This document shows positions 18,774 through 28,819 of a DNA stretch of 64,000 nt, in pieces. The translations under genes were made by a program, and so were the position numbers. Each line of letters begins with the position of its first letter. The first letter of the stretch is position 1. The stretch covers positions 6,013,183 through 6,077,182 of the forward strand of contig OZ242374.1 of assembly GCA_965209055.1 (NCBI GenBank). Reading direction: 5' to 3'. This stretch comes from Acidobacteriota bacterium. GTDB taxonomy: Bacteria > Acidobacteriota > UBA6911 > RPQK01 > JAJDTT01. The notes under the pieces were generated by a model. It did not search any database, had not been told where the DNA came from, and saw only the letters and a list, made by a program, of their open reading frames with translations.

Positions 18774-21700
18774 TCCGTGCCTTCACGATGTCGAAGGTCG
18801 CGGCCGCGTTGGCCCCGTAGGCACCAAGCGCCTCGTGGATCGCCTTCCGGATGAGCGTCTCCTTGATCGGGTGGCCGCGCCACCCGTCCATCCGAGCCTT
18901 CCGAACCGCCTGATCGACGGCCAGCGCGACGGACTCGCGTGTGCCGGTCCCAGGTTCAGTTATCGTCATCGGCGGCTCTTCCGGGAGGTTGTCGTAGATC
19001 GCGCGCAAGGCTGCGGTGTCGATGTTCGCTGGACGCGACCCGCCGTCCTCGCCGCACTTCACCTTCGCGGCCAGCGCGCTCACCCGCTTCAGGTAGTCTC
19101 CGTACGCGATCACCTCCTCGCGCCGTTGCCGGATCAACTCGTCGAGCAGCCTGGACATCCGTTCGTAGTACTTCGGGTTGACGGACATCTCATCCACGAT
19201 CAGGCGCCGGACGTTGTTCTCGATGGTTTCCGCGACGGCGCGGCGGTTCCCCCGGATCCCGTCGGGCAGCGAGTCTACGGCGTCCCCGGCGCGTTCGACA
19301 AGGAGATCGACGAGCGTCATGTCGTCGAAGGTGGAAAGAACCCCGGAGTCGTCGGCCCGGATGTAGGCGTCCAGAAGATGCCGCATCGCGGGCTCGAACA
19401 TTTTCAGGTCCACGAAGTCGCCGCTGTTCAGTTTGACCTCTTGACGGACCTTCTCGTAGTGGTCCACTTCGTCCCGCGTGTCCCTCCGTTGGGCCTCCGT
19501 GTAGCCCGCCGCGATCATCTCGTTGGCCAGGTCCGCGTAGCTGCGGAGGAACGCGGCGACGAGCCGGTAGAGGGTGAGGCGCTTGCGTTCGTTCGCGGCC
19601 AGTTGGCGAGCCGCCTCCTCACCGTCGCCCGTGCCGTCCTGGCAGAAGTAGCGCAGGTACGCTGCGGTATCGCGGGGCGGGTCGACCCCTTCGCAGAGCG
19701 CCCGAACCGCTTCGCGGGCCTCTTCCAGCCGCTCCCGCCCCCGTTCCAGGCGATCCGTCAACAGCTCTTCTACATCCTCGCGGCTGTAGCCCTCGAAGGC
19801 TTCGCCCGTGTAGTCCTGGATCGCGCCCTCCAGCGAGCGGAAGAGGTCCCTGTAGTCGATGATGTGGCCGTACTCCTTGTCCTCGCCATCGAGGCGGTTG
19901 ACCCGGCAGATCGCCTGAAACAGAGCATGGTCCTGCATCTTCTTGTCGATGTAGAGGTACGTCGCGGGCGGGGCGTCGAACCCGGTCAGCAGCTTGTCCA
20001 CGACGATCATGAGCTTCATTTGCGCTGGGTCATTCACGAACCGTCGCTTGACCTCCTGCTCGAACTCATCGGCCTTGTGCATGGCCGTGTCCTCGGACTC
20101 TCCGAAGTGGTCTGCGAGCATGCGCCGGTAGACCTCGTACTTGAGCAGTTTCTCGGCCGGACCCTCCCCGGGGTCCTCGCCCGCGATGTCGCTGGCAGCC
20201 GGCTGGTATGACGTGATGATCGCGCACCTGCCCTTCAGGTCGGTCGCACTGAAGCGCTGAAAGAAGCGGCAAGCTGCGTAGATGCTGTCGGACACGAGCA
20301 TGGCGTTGCCCCGCCCGCTTTTCAGCCGGTCGCGCGTTTCCATGTCCATGAGGATGTCGTCCACGATCTTGTCGATCCGTTCGCGCGAACTCGTGACCTT
20401 CCGCATCGTGCCCCAGCGCTGGCGGAGCTGCGCCTTGGCAAGGTCGCTGAGCCCCTGGGTCTTGAGGTCGAACCACTGGTCGATCTTCGCCTCGGAGGTC
20501 AGGTGCTGGTCGATGTCGCGCGCCTCGTAACGCAGGTCGAGTACCACCTTGTCGCGGATCGCCTCGTCGTACTTGTAGGTGTGGATATACGGGCCGAAGG
20601 TCTCGATGCTGCGCGGCTTGTCGGACTTGAGCAGCGGCGTTCCCGTGAAGCCGATCAGGGTGGCCTCGGGCAGGAGTTTCTTCATCGCGCCGTGGAGTTT
20701 ACCGGACTGTGTGCGGTGGCATTCGTCCACGAAGACATAGATGTCTCCGGCGGGGCGAAAGCCGCCGGAGATGTGGGCGCGAAGGTCGCTCACATAGCGG
20801 TCGATGTCGCCCTCTTCCGAACGGCCGAACTTGTGGACGAGCGAACAGATCAGCGACTTGGCGGGATCGCGAAGGGCCTCGGCAAGGTCCGCACCGCTCT
20901 TCGTGCGGTGGATGTCCTCGTCCACGCCAAGAAAGACCTTCTCGATCTGCTCGTCGAGTTCCTTGCGGTCGGTGATGACGAGCACGCGGCCATCGGTAAC
21001 CTTCTCGCGGATCCACTTCGCGAGCCACACCATCGTGAGGCTCTTCCCGCTGCCCTGGGTGTGCCAGATGATCCCCCCATCCCGTCGCTTCACATGGGAT
21101 TGCGCTGCCTTCACGCCGAAATACTGGTTGTGACGGCAGATCTTCTTGGTGCCCGCGTCAAACACCACGAAGTCGTGGACCAGTTCGAGGAGACGGCCCG
21201 GTGCACAGAGGTCGGCGAGTTCTTGGAGAAGGGACGAAGCGGCGTTCGACGCGGGTGAAGACGCGGCAGCCTCCTTCCAGCGCAGCCAGTACTTTTCCGG
21301 TGTGCCGACCACGCCGTAGCGGAGCCCCTGCGTGTCGTTGCCCGCCATCACCAACTGCACGGTGGTAAAGAAATGCGGGATGAAGTGCTTCTTCTGGTTG
21401 GCCAGGTTCTGGCGGATCCCCTCGGCCACCGACACGGTCGAGCGCTTGAGTTCGATGACCCCCAGCGCGATGCCGTTCACGTAGAGGACGAGATCGGGCC
21501 GCTTGGTGTTCCGGCCGCTGACCGTGACCTCTTCGGCGATGGCGAAGTCGTTGGCGAACGGATTGCTCCAGTCGATCAGATCGACGGTAACTGCCTTCCT
21601 GCCGACTCCGGGACTCACCTTCACGCCGTACCGGAGGAGGCCGTAAACGTTCCGGTTAGCTTCGTAGAGCGTGCGGCTTCCGCCCAGTGCGGCGGCTTGC

Positions 21701-21900
21701 TCGAGCTTCGCAATGGCCTTCGCGATCAGACTCGCGGGATGGCCGCCGCGCTTGAGAAAACGGGTGAGGATCCGGGACTCCACGTTGCAGTTGCCGTCCC
21801 GGTCCTGCCAGTCGCCAAGGTAACGGTAGCCGAGACTGTCCCGGAAGAGCGCGATGACCCGCCGTTGCGTTTTGATCTCCTTTTCGCCGACGGGGGTCAT
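18763..21900 (-). CDS. hsdR: Type I restriction endonuclease subunit R
   Basis: RPDLVLYVNG..IELK nuclease motif, HTQGSGKS Walker A, DECH, FTGTP, LLTGFDAP, QAICRVNR; start ATG at 21900. Confidence 0.95.
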   Translation of the reverse strand: MTPVGEKEIKTQRRVIALFRDSLGYRYLGDWQDRDGNCNVESRILTRFLKRGGHPASLIAKAIAKLEQAAALGGSRTLYEANRNVYGLLRYGVKVSPGVGRKAVTVDLIDWSNPFANDFAIAEEVTVSGRNTKRPDLVLYVNGIALGVIELKRSTVSVAEGIRQNLANQKKHFIPHFFTTVQLVMAGNDTQGLRYGVVGTPEKYWLRWKEAAASSPASNAASSLLQELADLCAPGRLLELVHDFVVFDAGTKKICRHNQYFGVKAAQSHVKRRDGGIIWHTQGSGKSLTMVWLAKWIREKVTDGRVLVITDRKELDEQIEKVFLGVDEDIHRTKSGADLAEALRDPAKSLICSLVHKFGRSEEGDIDRYVSDLRAHISGGFRPAGDIYVFVDECHRTQSGKLHGAMKKLLPEATLIGFTGTPLLKSDKPRSIETFGPYIHTYKYDEAIRDKVVLDLRYEARDIDQHLTSEAKIDQWFDLKTQGLSDLAKAQLRQRWGTMRKVTSSRERIDKIVDDILMDMETRDRLKSGRGNAMLVSDSIYAACRFFQRFSATDLKGRCAIITSYQPAASDIAGEDPGEGPAEKLLKYEVYRRMLADHFGESEDTAMHKADEFEQEVKRRFVNDPAQMKLMIVVDKLLTGFDAPPATYLYIDKKMQDHALFQAICRVNRLDGEDKEYGHIIDYRDLFRSLEGAIQDYTGEAFEGYSREDVEELLTDRLERGRERLEEAREAVRALCEGVDPPRDTAAYLRYFCQDGTGDGEEAARQLAANERKRLTLYRLVAAFLRSYADLANEMIAAGYTEAQRRDTRDEVDHYEKVRQEVKLNSGDFVDLKMFEPAMRHLLDAYIRADDSGVLSTFDDMTLVDLLVERAGDAVDSLPDGIRGNRRAVAETIENNVRRLIVDEMSVNPKYYERMSRLLDELIRQRREEVIAYGDYLKRVSALAAKVKCGEDGGSRPANIDTAALRAIYDNLPEEPPMTITEPGTGTRESVALAVDQAVRKARMDGWRGHPIKETLIRKAIHEALGAYGANAAATFDIVKARNEY

Positions 21901-23474
21901 GGCTTGGTTGATTCGGATTCGAGGATTTCCCAGCGCCCCTTCTTGGTCGGTCCCACATGACGGATGCGACCCGCCTTCCGGAGCTTGTCGAGATGGTATT
22001 TGACGCCTTCCGGCGTGATCCCGATTCGGGAGGCCAGGGCGACGCGCGTCAATGTCGGATCCCTTCGCAGGAGAGCGAGAATGCGGTCGCGGGTAGGCAT
22101 CGAATCTGGCTTGCGGCCTTCTTGGGCAGCTTCGCCGGTTTCCTGGGTAGTCTCGGCGAGTTGCTGGGTAGTCTCGCGGCCTTCTTGGGTAGTCCCTCGC
22201 TTGGCGCCTTGGGTTTCTTGGGTGGCCGCGCGAACGGAGCCAAGCTGCTTGCCATTGCCGCCCGCCCGCAAGATTCGGGTGATAAACCCCGCGCCCGCCT
22301 CGAACTCGGGCTCCGGCAGGCCCGCCTCTGCGCAACGCCGGATCATGTCCACCGTCCCGGTTCCCATCTTCTCGATGTAGCGGAGCAGGTACATTGACTC
22401 CGCGATCAGCGGATTGGCGGGCAGCGACTGGTGCGCCACGCGCAGTTTCTCCACCGTAAGCGGCGGCGGCAAGCGGCCGGAGTTCATGACCTCCAGCCGG
22501 TCGGCGAAGAGCATTACCTGAACACTGCTGTTGTCGGTGTAGTCCCGGTGCGCCACCGCGTTGACGATGGCCTCCGTCACGACCTCCTTCGGGATCTCGT
22601 AGGCCACAGGGGCTTGGACCGTCTCCGCCCTCGTCCCAACGGTCAGAGCGATCTTGCTCAACACGAAGTCCACCGCTTGATCCACAAGCTCGAAGACCGT
22701 GCCCTTGTACACCTGGTGGGAAGGGATCGGCTTGGCGACCTCGGTTCCGTGGAAGTGCGCGCACTTGACCTCGGAAGAGATCAGGAAGCGTTGCGGGGTG
22801 CTGCCGAACAGCAGCACGGCGGCGTTCGTGAGCCGTCCCCGGTTCAGCAGGTTCAGGTGCCTGAGCAGGTCCGCTGGCGGAGTCCCCTCCGGCAGTGGGA
22901 ACTGCCGCGATCTTCGCGCCTCGCGGATGAAGCGGTACATGCCCTCGACGTTCAGGTCGTCAAGTGTGGCTCCCGAGCAGCCGGACGCGTCGAACGGCCC
23001 GAAGCGCAACATTTGCCTCGCTTCCAAGTACTGGACGAGAGCGGCGTACAGGCCTGCCACCAACTCGGCCCGGGTAGCGAAACGCCTTCTCACCAGACCA
23101 GCTTGCGCCCTGCCGATCAGTGCCCACATCTTCGGGTGCCGCTCGGCTCCCTCGGAGCCCTTCAGAAAGATCAGCCGGTGCTTCTCCAGATCGGTGGCCC
23201 GGTCGAACTCGCGCTCGGTGGGCGAGATTCCGTTCCCGTCCTCGAACCCGTAGTCTGTACCGAATAGGCCAACGTAGATCTCGCACCGCTCGACTTCGCT
23301 CAGATAGACCTCGTCGGGTCTCCGGTCAGAAGCCGAGACGTCCTCGAATAGGAAGACTTCAAAGAAACGCCGCATCATCGGATCGCCGCGCAGGTAATCA
23401 CGCAAATGCTCCCGCTCCCGTGCGAACTCGTACTGGACACTGCTGATGAAGATCCGGATCGGCGTCATTGGCAC
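21897..23474 (-). CDS. DUF4062 + RecG-C/HATPase-like + wHTH protein
   Basis: RIFISSVQ.EF..ER N-terminus, EAIVNAVAHRDY, IEKMGTG, C-terminal HTH ending GPTKKGRWEI. Confidence 0.8.
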   Translation of the reverse strand: MPMTPIRIFISSVQYEFAREREHLRDYLRGDPMMRRFFEVFLFEDVSASDRRPDEVYLSEVERCEIYVGLFGTDYGFEDGNGISPTEREFDRATDLEKHRLIFLKGSEGAERHPKMWALIGRAQAGLVRRRFATRAELVAGLYAALVQYLEARQMLRFGPFDASGCSGATLDDLNVEGMYRFIREARRSRQFPLPEGTPPADLLRHLNLLNRGRLTNAAVLLFGSTPQRFLISSEVKCAHFHGTEVAKPIPSHQVYKGTVFELVDQAVDFVLSKIALTVGTRAETVQAPVAYEIPKEVVTEAIVNAVAHRDYTDNSSVQVMLFADRLEVMNSGRLPPPLTVEKLRVAHQSLPANPLIAESMYLLRYIEKMGTGTVDMIRRCAEAGLPEPEFEAGAGFITRILRAGGNGKQLGSVRAATQETQGAKRGTTQEGRETTQQLAETTQETGEAAQEGRKPDSMPTRDRILALLRRDPTLTRVALASRIGITPEGVKYHLDKLRKAGRIRHVGPTKKGRWEILESESTKP

Positions 23475-24763
23475 GGTCCGTTTTCGTAGACAGCATCCTG
23501 GATCGGAAGTCGAATCGAACCGGTAAGAAGCTGCTGCATCATGCCCTGCTTGAGGGCGCGCGTCTTGTCGCGACGCCGGTCTAGCGCGGCGATCTCCGCG
23601 TCCATGTCTGAGAGGGCGGCGGCGATAGCCCGCTGCTCTTGGGGGGGCGGGAATCGAAGCTCCGCAGAGGCGATATGGGCGCGGTTGGTGGCGTACACTT
23701 TCGTGCCGGCCGCGAGCCTCCGGAGATGATCCCGGAATCGGGGGAAAAACTGCAAGTACGCCTTGAAGCCGTCGGCGAGCACCGCCTTATTGAACCTCAC
23801 CGCGATGGTGTGCAGTCCGGATACGAGTTGGTGACCCTCGCTCCCCATGATCTCGATGGACTTTCCCACACCTCCAACGTCCTCGGAAGCGTCAACGAAC
23901 ACGAGGTCTCCGTCGCTCAACCGATCAAGCCTTCTAGCATAATCCTTCGCCAAGGCCGGCAAAGCGGTGGCCGTCGGGTCAAGGTACACACGGGCGGATG
24001 TATGGATGTCTCCATAATGGAGGTACTTCACTCCACCGCCGACTTCGCCGTTAGGCGCGAGGTAAGAGCGTGGGAAGCTACCATGCCGAAGGAATCGGAG
24101 ATGGTTCCCCAGCCGCCTCGTCTCCCACTCACCTCGGAACCCCGGCAGCCGGGTCCTGCCGGTCAGAAGTTGCTGCATCGCCGCCTGCTTGATTGCCCGC
24201 TTCTTGGCGATCAGCGCCTCCAGCGACCCGATCAGGGCGTCTACGTCCATGAGGACGGCGGCGATGGCCCGTTGCTCGTGGAGGGGTGGGAGGGGGATAA
24301 CATGCTGATGAACGTCATTTCGATTCAGCGTTGGAACCCCGGAACCGGCGAGAAACCGAGCAACGCGGATATGGGTGTACAGGTAATAGATGAATCGCGG
24401 ATCGTTGCGACGATAGGATACAACCCAGAGAGCCGTGTTGTGTGGCCAATAGTCCTCCGCCACGAAGTGTACCTTGCCGATTGTTCCAGATCGTCCCGTC
24501 ACCACACCTGGGCCCTTCACCATAGCGCGGTTGTGGCGTCGCAAAATTCCGTTGGAATAGACAACGGGGTAACGTCCTGATCGGACTTGCGATGTAGGGA
24601 GATCGAATCCTCGCTGTAAGGGAGCAACATCACGGAGCGCCTTCGAGGCCCAGCCCGCCGGAAAGACGACCGCCTCGGAGCTTTGGCACCGTACGGCTTC
24701 GACCGGCGCATCCGCCGCACGGTTCGAGGCAATGGCTATGCTGCGCCCCCGTCCTTCACTCAC
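23465..24763 (-). CDS. hsdS: Type I R-M specificity subunit S
   Basis: Two TRDs with repeated PP..EQRAIAA.L.D.D and K.A.KQ..MQQLLTG conserved regions. Confidence 0.9.
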   Translation of the reverse strand: MSEGRGRSIAIASNRAADAPVEAVRCQSSEAVVFPAGWASKALRDVAPLQRGFDLPTSQVRSGRYPVVYSNGILRRHNRAMVKGPGVVTGRSGTIGKVHFVAEDYWPHNTALWVVSYRRNDPRFIYYLYTHIRVARFLAGSGVPTLNRNDVHQHVIPLPPLHEQRAIAAVLMDVDALIGSLEALIAKKRAIKQAAMQQLLTGRTRLPGFRGEWETRRLGNHLRFLRHGSFPRSYLAPNGEVGGGVKYLHYGDIHTSARVYLDPTATALPALAKDYARRLDRLSDGDLVFVDASEDVGGVGKSIEIMGSEGHQLVSGLHTIAVRFNKAVLADGFKAYLQFFPRFRDHLRRLAAGTKVYATNRAHIASAELRFPPPQEQRAIAAALSDMDAEIAALDRRRDKTRALKQGMMQQLLTGSIRLPIQDAVYENGPCQ

Positions 24764-24853
24764 TGCCGACCCACCTACACACGGATTCTGCAGACGCTGT
24801 CTGCGGAATCTCGCCGAACGGTGCGTCTCGACGCTCGAACCGGAGCGGACGGC

Positions 24854-27300
24854 TCATGTCGAGAGCCCCATTCGCCTAAGGTGACCCTCGACCATGGTGC
24901 CGTAGTCGTCAACCTGACGCACGAGCTCCGGCAGCGCCTCGGAATACCGCGCTTCAAGCACCGTGATCCGTTCCACGAGCCCGTTCGTCAGGCGGTCCAC
25001 CTGCCGGCCGATCCCGTCCTCCAAGCTGGCCATCCACTTGCCGCGCACCACCATGTTGGCGACCTCTGATGGAGTCAGAGCCACGTATCGCACTAGTATT
25101 TCCGCATCAAGCAAGGCTTGCGCATCCTTCGCTGCTTTCTTCGCCTTGGCTTCCGCCTTCATGAGATCCAGGCAGACCTCCAACGCGTCGCGCTCGTCGG
25201 GATTCCCGGAGCCACCGCGAATCTCCTTGAGCCGAGCCCTTACGGCCGTCTGCGTCACCTTCCCGGTGTCCGTCGTGGCACCGTGCAGCAGCCCGTCCTG
25301 CCCGTGTTCTCTTCTACAAACGCCTCCACCTCGCGCCCGATCTTCTCCTGCTCGCCCAGCAGGGCCTCCACCTCGCGCTGCTCGTCCGCGAAGTAGCGGC
25401 CGGCCACAAGATCGGGTGGAAGCAGGTCCATCTTGTACTTCGTGCGCCTGACCGTCAGGTCGGGAGACTCACCCGCTTGCCGTTTCCCGACCAGCACTCG
25501 CGGCCGCGCCGCCTCCGACCAACCGCCGGTCACCACTAGGTACAGGTCGTCCTGCATGACCTCGTCCCAGTAGTCCATCAGACATTGGTAGACATCGTAG
25601 GGGTCGATGAGTGGAAGATCGGCGAAACGTCCCAGTAGATCCTCGGATAGCTTCCCTATCAATGCCCTCGGGGATTCGCCCTCTCCGAGTCCGTATAAAC
25701 GGGACTCATGCTCACGCCACCAATCGTCGAAAGCGCTCCACACTCGCTCCCGGTACGCCGTGAATTCATCATGTCCGAGAACAACTACTCTGACCTCGTC
25801 CGGAGACCTGCACGCTTCGCTGTATCCCGGACGGCCACCCGGCACGAACAACGCCCGCCGCAAGCCGGGTAACACCTTCCAATAGCGGTCGAGAGCGTCG
25901 ATGTCGGGGTCAGGGATCCCTCCATGGAGGTGCGCGCCGAGGTCGTGAAGATCCTCCGGCTCGCCGGAGTCGATGTAACGGGGGATGTTAAGGTTGTAGT
26001 CGTTTGCCTCGCTGGCGATCTCGTCGAGTGGCACCATCCGCGCGTAGCCGGGCGTGTCGCGCTGGTCGTTGAAGACATCGACGATGCGGTGAATGTCGCG
26101 CTCGCGGAGACGGTTCTTGGCGCCGTCCTTACGAAAGCCCCCGCTGGCATCCACCATGAAGATGCCCTTGCGGGTGGCCGCGTCCTCCTTGTCGATCACA
26201 ACGATGCACGCCGGGATACCGGTGCCGTAGAAGAGGTTGGCGGGCAACCCGATGACACCCCGGATAAGTCCGCGCCTGACGAGATTGCGGCGGATGCGAG
26301 CCTCGCGGTTGCCGCGGAAGAGTACCCCGTGCGGGAGGATGATCGCACCCTTGCCCGTGCTCTTGAGCGATGCAACGAGGTGAAGGAGGAAGGCGTAGTC
26401 GCCATTTTTCGCGGGCGGGATGCCGTACTCGAATCGGCGGAATTCGTCGTGGTCCGGATCGAGACCGTTCGACCACGCCTTCGTGGAAAACGGAGGATTG
26501 GCGACGGCGAAATCGAATCGCTTCAGGCGTCCGGGGCCGTCGGTGAATCGCGGTGCGGCCAGTGTGTTGTCGCGCTTGATCTCGGCTGCCACGTTACCGT
26601 GGAGGATCATGTTCATGCAGGCCATGGTCCACGTCGCGACATCCATCTCCTGACCGTAGATCGTCAGCCCGTTCGGTGCTTCGTCCGCCGCCTTAATGAG
26701 GAGTGACCCGGAGCCACAGGTGGGGTCATAGACGGCGCGGTCGAGGCCGGTGTCCGCGTCGATCCCGACCACCCGGGCCATGATGCGTGAGACCTCGGCA
26801 GGGGTGTAAAACTGCCCCTTGCTTTTGCCGGACTGCGTCGCAAAGTGCCGCATGAGGTACTCGTATGCGTCGCCAAGGAGGTCGTCGCCCTGGGCGCGAT
26901 TCGCCTGGAAGTCGAGCCGCTCGAAGATCCCGACCAGCTTCGTGAGCCGGTCTGTCATCTCCCGGCCCCTGCCGAGCTTGCTCTCGTCGTTGAAGTCCGC
27001 TTGGTCGATCACGCCCTTGAGGAGGAAGTCGTTGGTGTCGGCGAGCTTCCGAATAACGACGTTGATGCCGTCGCCGATTTCCTTGCTCCCCTTGAGTGCC
27101 ACCATGTCCGCGAATCCGCCCCCGGGCGGCACCTTGATCTCGGAATACTCGTCGTCTGCGCCCGAGTACTTGTCCGAGACGTACTTCATGAACAGCAGCG
27201 TCAGGACGTAATCCTTGTACTGCGAGGCGTCCATGCCGCCACGGAGCTGGTCGCAGCTCTGCCAGAGCGAGGCGTGCAGTTGGGACTTGCGCAGGGCCAT
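24854..27300 (-). pseudogene. hsdM: Type I R-M methyltransferase subunit M with a single-base frameshift near the 3' end
   Basis: GQFYTP, YDPTCGSG, NPPF; one missing base near 25299 separates ENTG from (E)DGLLHGATTDTGKVTQTAVRARL. Could be a sequencing error. Confidence 0.85.
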
Positions 27301-27824
27301 GGTCGGCTCAACTTCCTGGCGCGGGCGGGCGCCGTGCGGGCACTGGACCACAACCTTCGAGCCGGCACAGGGATCGGAGGAAACGAGTCGCCCCGCCCCG
27401 GTCGGAGAACGGCGCCCCGCCGGGCCGGATCAGACGCTGGGACGTGTCTCCCCCGAGGACGTCGCGTAACAGGTCGGCCACTGCCCGACGGGAATTCGGA
27501 ACCTCGGTCTTGGCCATGCCTCAATTTAGCATGTCGGGCCGGGCCAGTCCGGTGCGGCTTCCGTGTCGGGATCGGAGCAGGGCGTCAGACGCCGGCTGCG
27601 GCGATGACAAGCTGCACCCGCTTCTTCGTGGGCACGAACAGCACTGCCAGCAGTCCCAGCCCGATCAGTGCGTATTGAACGCGGACCGCCGAAGCGAGCA
27701 CCGCCAGGCAGGCAGACCACCACGCCGTCCAGGCATCTTGCGCGGACTGATGCGCCATCAAGGCGAGCACTGCCAGCAGCAGTGCCCAGGAATCTTCGCA
27801 GGAGCCTTCCCGCCAGGGATATTT

Positions 27825-27925
27825 TGGACGGGAGCGACCCCACCAGGGAGTGTTGCGCAGATGTGAATTGCGCAACACCCCCGCGCCCGCACCGGGCAGC
27901 AAAAAGGGGGGGTCGCTCCCGTCCA
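27825..27925 (-). other. Conserved branched hairpin module (E1 copy)
   Basis: Outer stem TGGACGGGAGCGACCC/GGGTCGCTCCCGTCCA enclosing GTGTTGCGCA/TGCGCAACAC and GCCCG/CGGGC hairpins. Confidence 0.8.
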
Positions 27926-28058
27926 CCTCCATTTTCCCCGTGCGGCCACCCGGTGGCCGGAAATGGGGCCGCAACTGACTGAAAGGAAACAAGCTCGGGG
28001 AGAGTGCATTTGTGAATCACCGGGACCGCTTTTTGTGAATCCACCCCCCTTGTCCCAT

Positions 28059-28400
28059 TCACATCCCGGATCGGGCGCGAGACCCTCTTTTCGCACTGCC
28101 GAAACAGCCCTCAATCAGCCTTTGCGACTGCCAAGTGCGTTCACCGCCAATCACGACCTGGAAGGAGTAACTTTCCGCCGTTGTTTGCCGCTCGACCGAC
28201 TGCTTAAGTGCGGCCGTAACCCGGCCGTAGGAGTTGAGCAGGCCTTGGTCGGTCGAGTGCCCCGGATCGACACGGACGAAGACGGTCCGGTCCGCATCGA
28301 CGGCAAGCGGCGGCTTGAGCGCGAAGTCACGTAGGGTCTTCCCCACCGCCCCCGGCACACGCGCCGAGGAAGCCGTTGCCAGTGGACAGCGAGTGTGTCA
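28059..28400 (-). pseudogene. Remnant of conserved backbone gene (GAVGKT.R.FALK.P.AVD.DRTVFVRVDP)
   Basis: Homologous decayed reading frames in E2 (41207-41525), E3 (53187-53345) and E4 (61545-61898). Confidence 0.6.
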
Positions 28401-28819
28401 GGGTTCGAGCGTTGCCCTGCGGTGCTGGCCAAAGATCGACACGGCCTTAAGAGTTTCAAGAAGATTCGGCATGGCCGGAAGCTAACACCGAAAGCTGACA
28501 ATCGGGTCTTGTTCCCGGAGGGCCAGACGACGACGGCCCGCGCGGGTTTCTTCCCTTGCCCCCCCTTCGGTCCCTACGGTTCAGCCCGGATCGGGCAGGG
28601 GTCCCCATGGGGTCATGCGGCGTTGACAAGACAGGTCATGAGGAGGGCCAGAAGGATCAGCGCACTTGCGAGCTTGAGAGCGGTGGACCAATCGTTGAAG
28701 GGCCGACGGGGGCAATAGGTGCAGACCGTTTCATTTGGGGATTATATACGAAAGTTCCAGATTCCCCTTGACACACTTGGAACTTTCCTGTAATATCTCC
28801 TTGTAAGTAAGGAGATCGT

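Noticed and set aside
22110-22225. Short tandem repeats (ETTQ/TTQE) as a possible array
   Set aside because: Low-complexity coding linker before the HTH domain; no repeat-spacer structure.
21901-22764. N-terminal extension of the 1333 aa HsdR ORF
   Set aside because: It overlaps the real DUF4062 gene in another frame; HsdR similarity begins at ATG 21900.
27585-27800. Hydrophobic ORF next to the E1 hairpin module
   Set aside because: No credible start; the upstream part of the ORF runs through the non-coding hairpin. At most a gene fragment.
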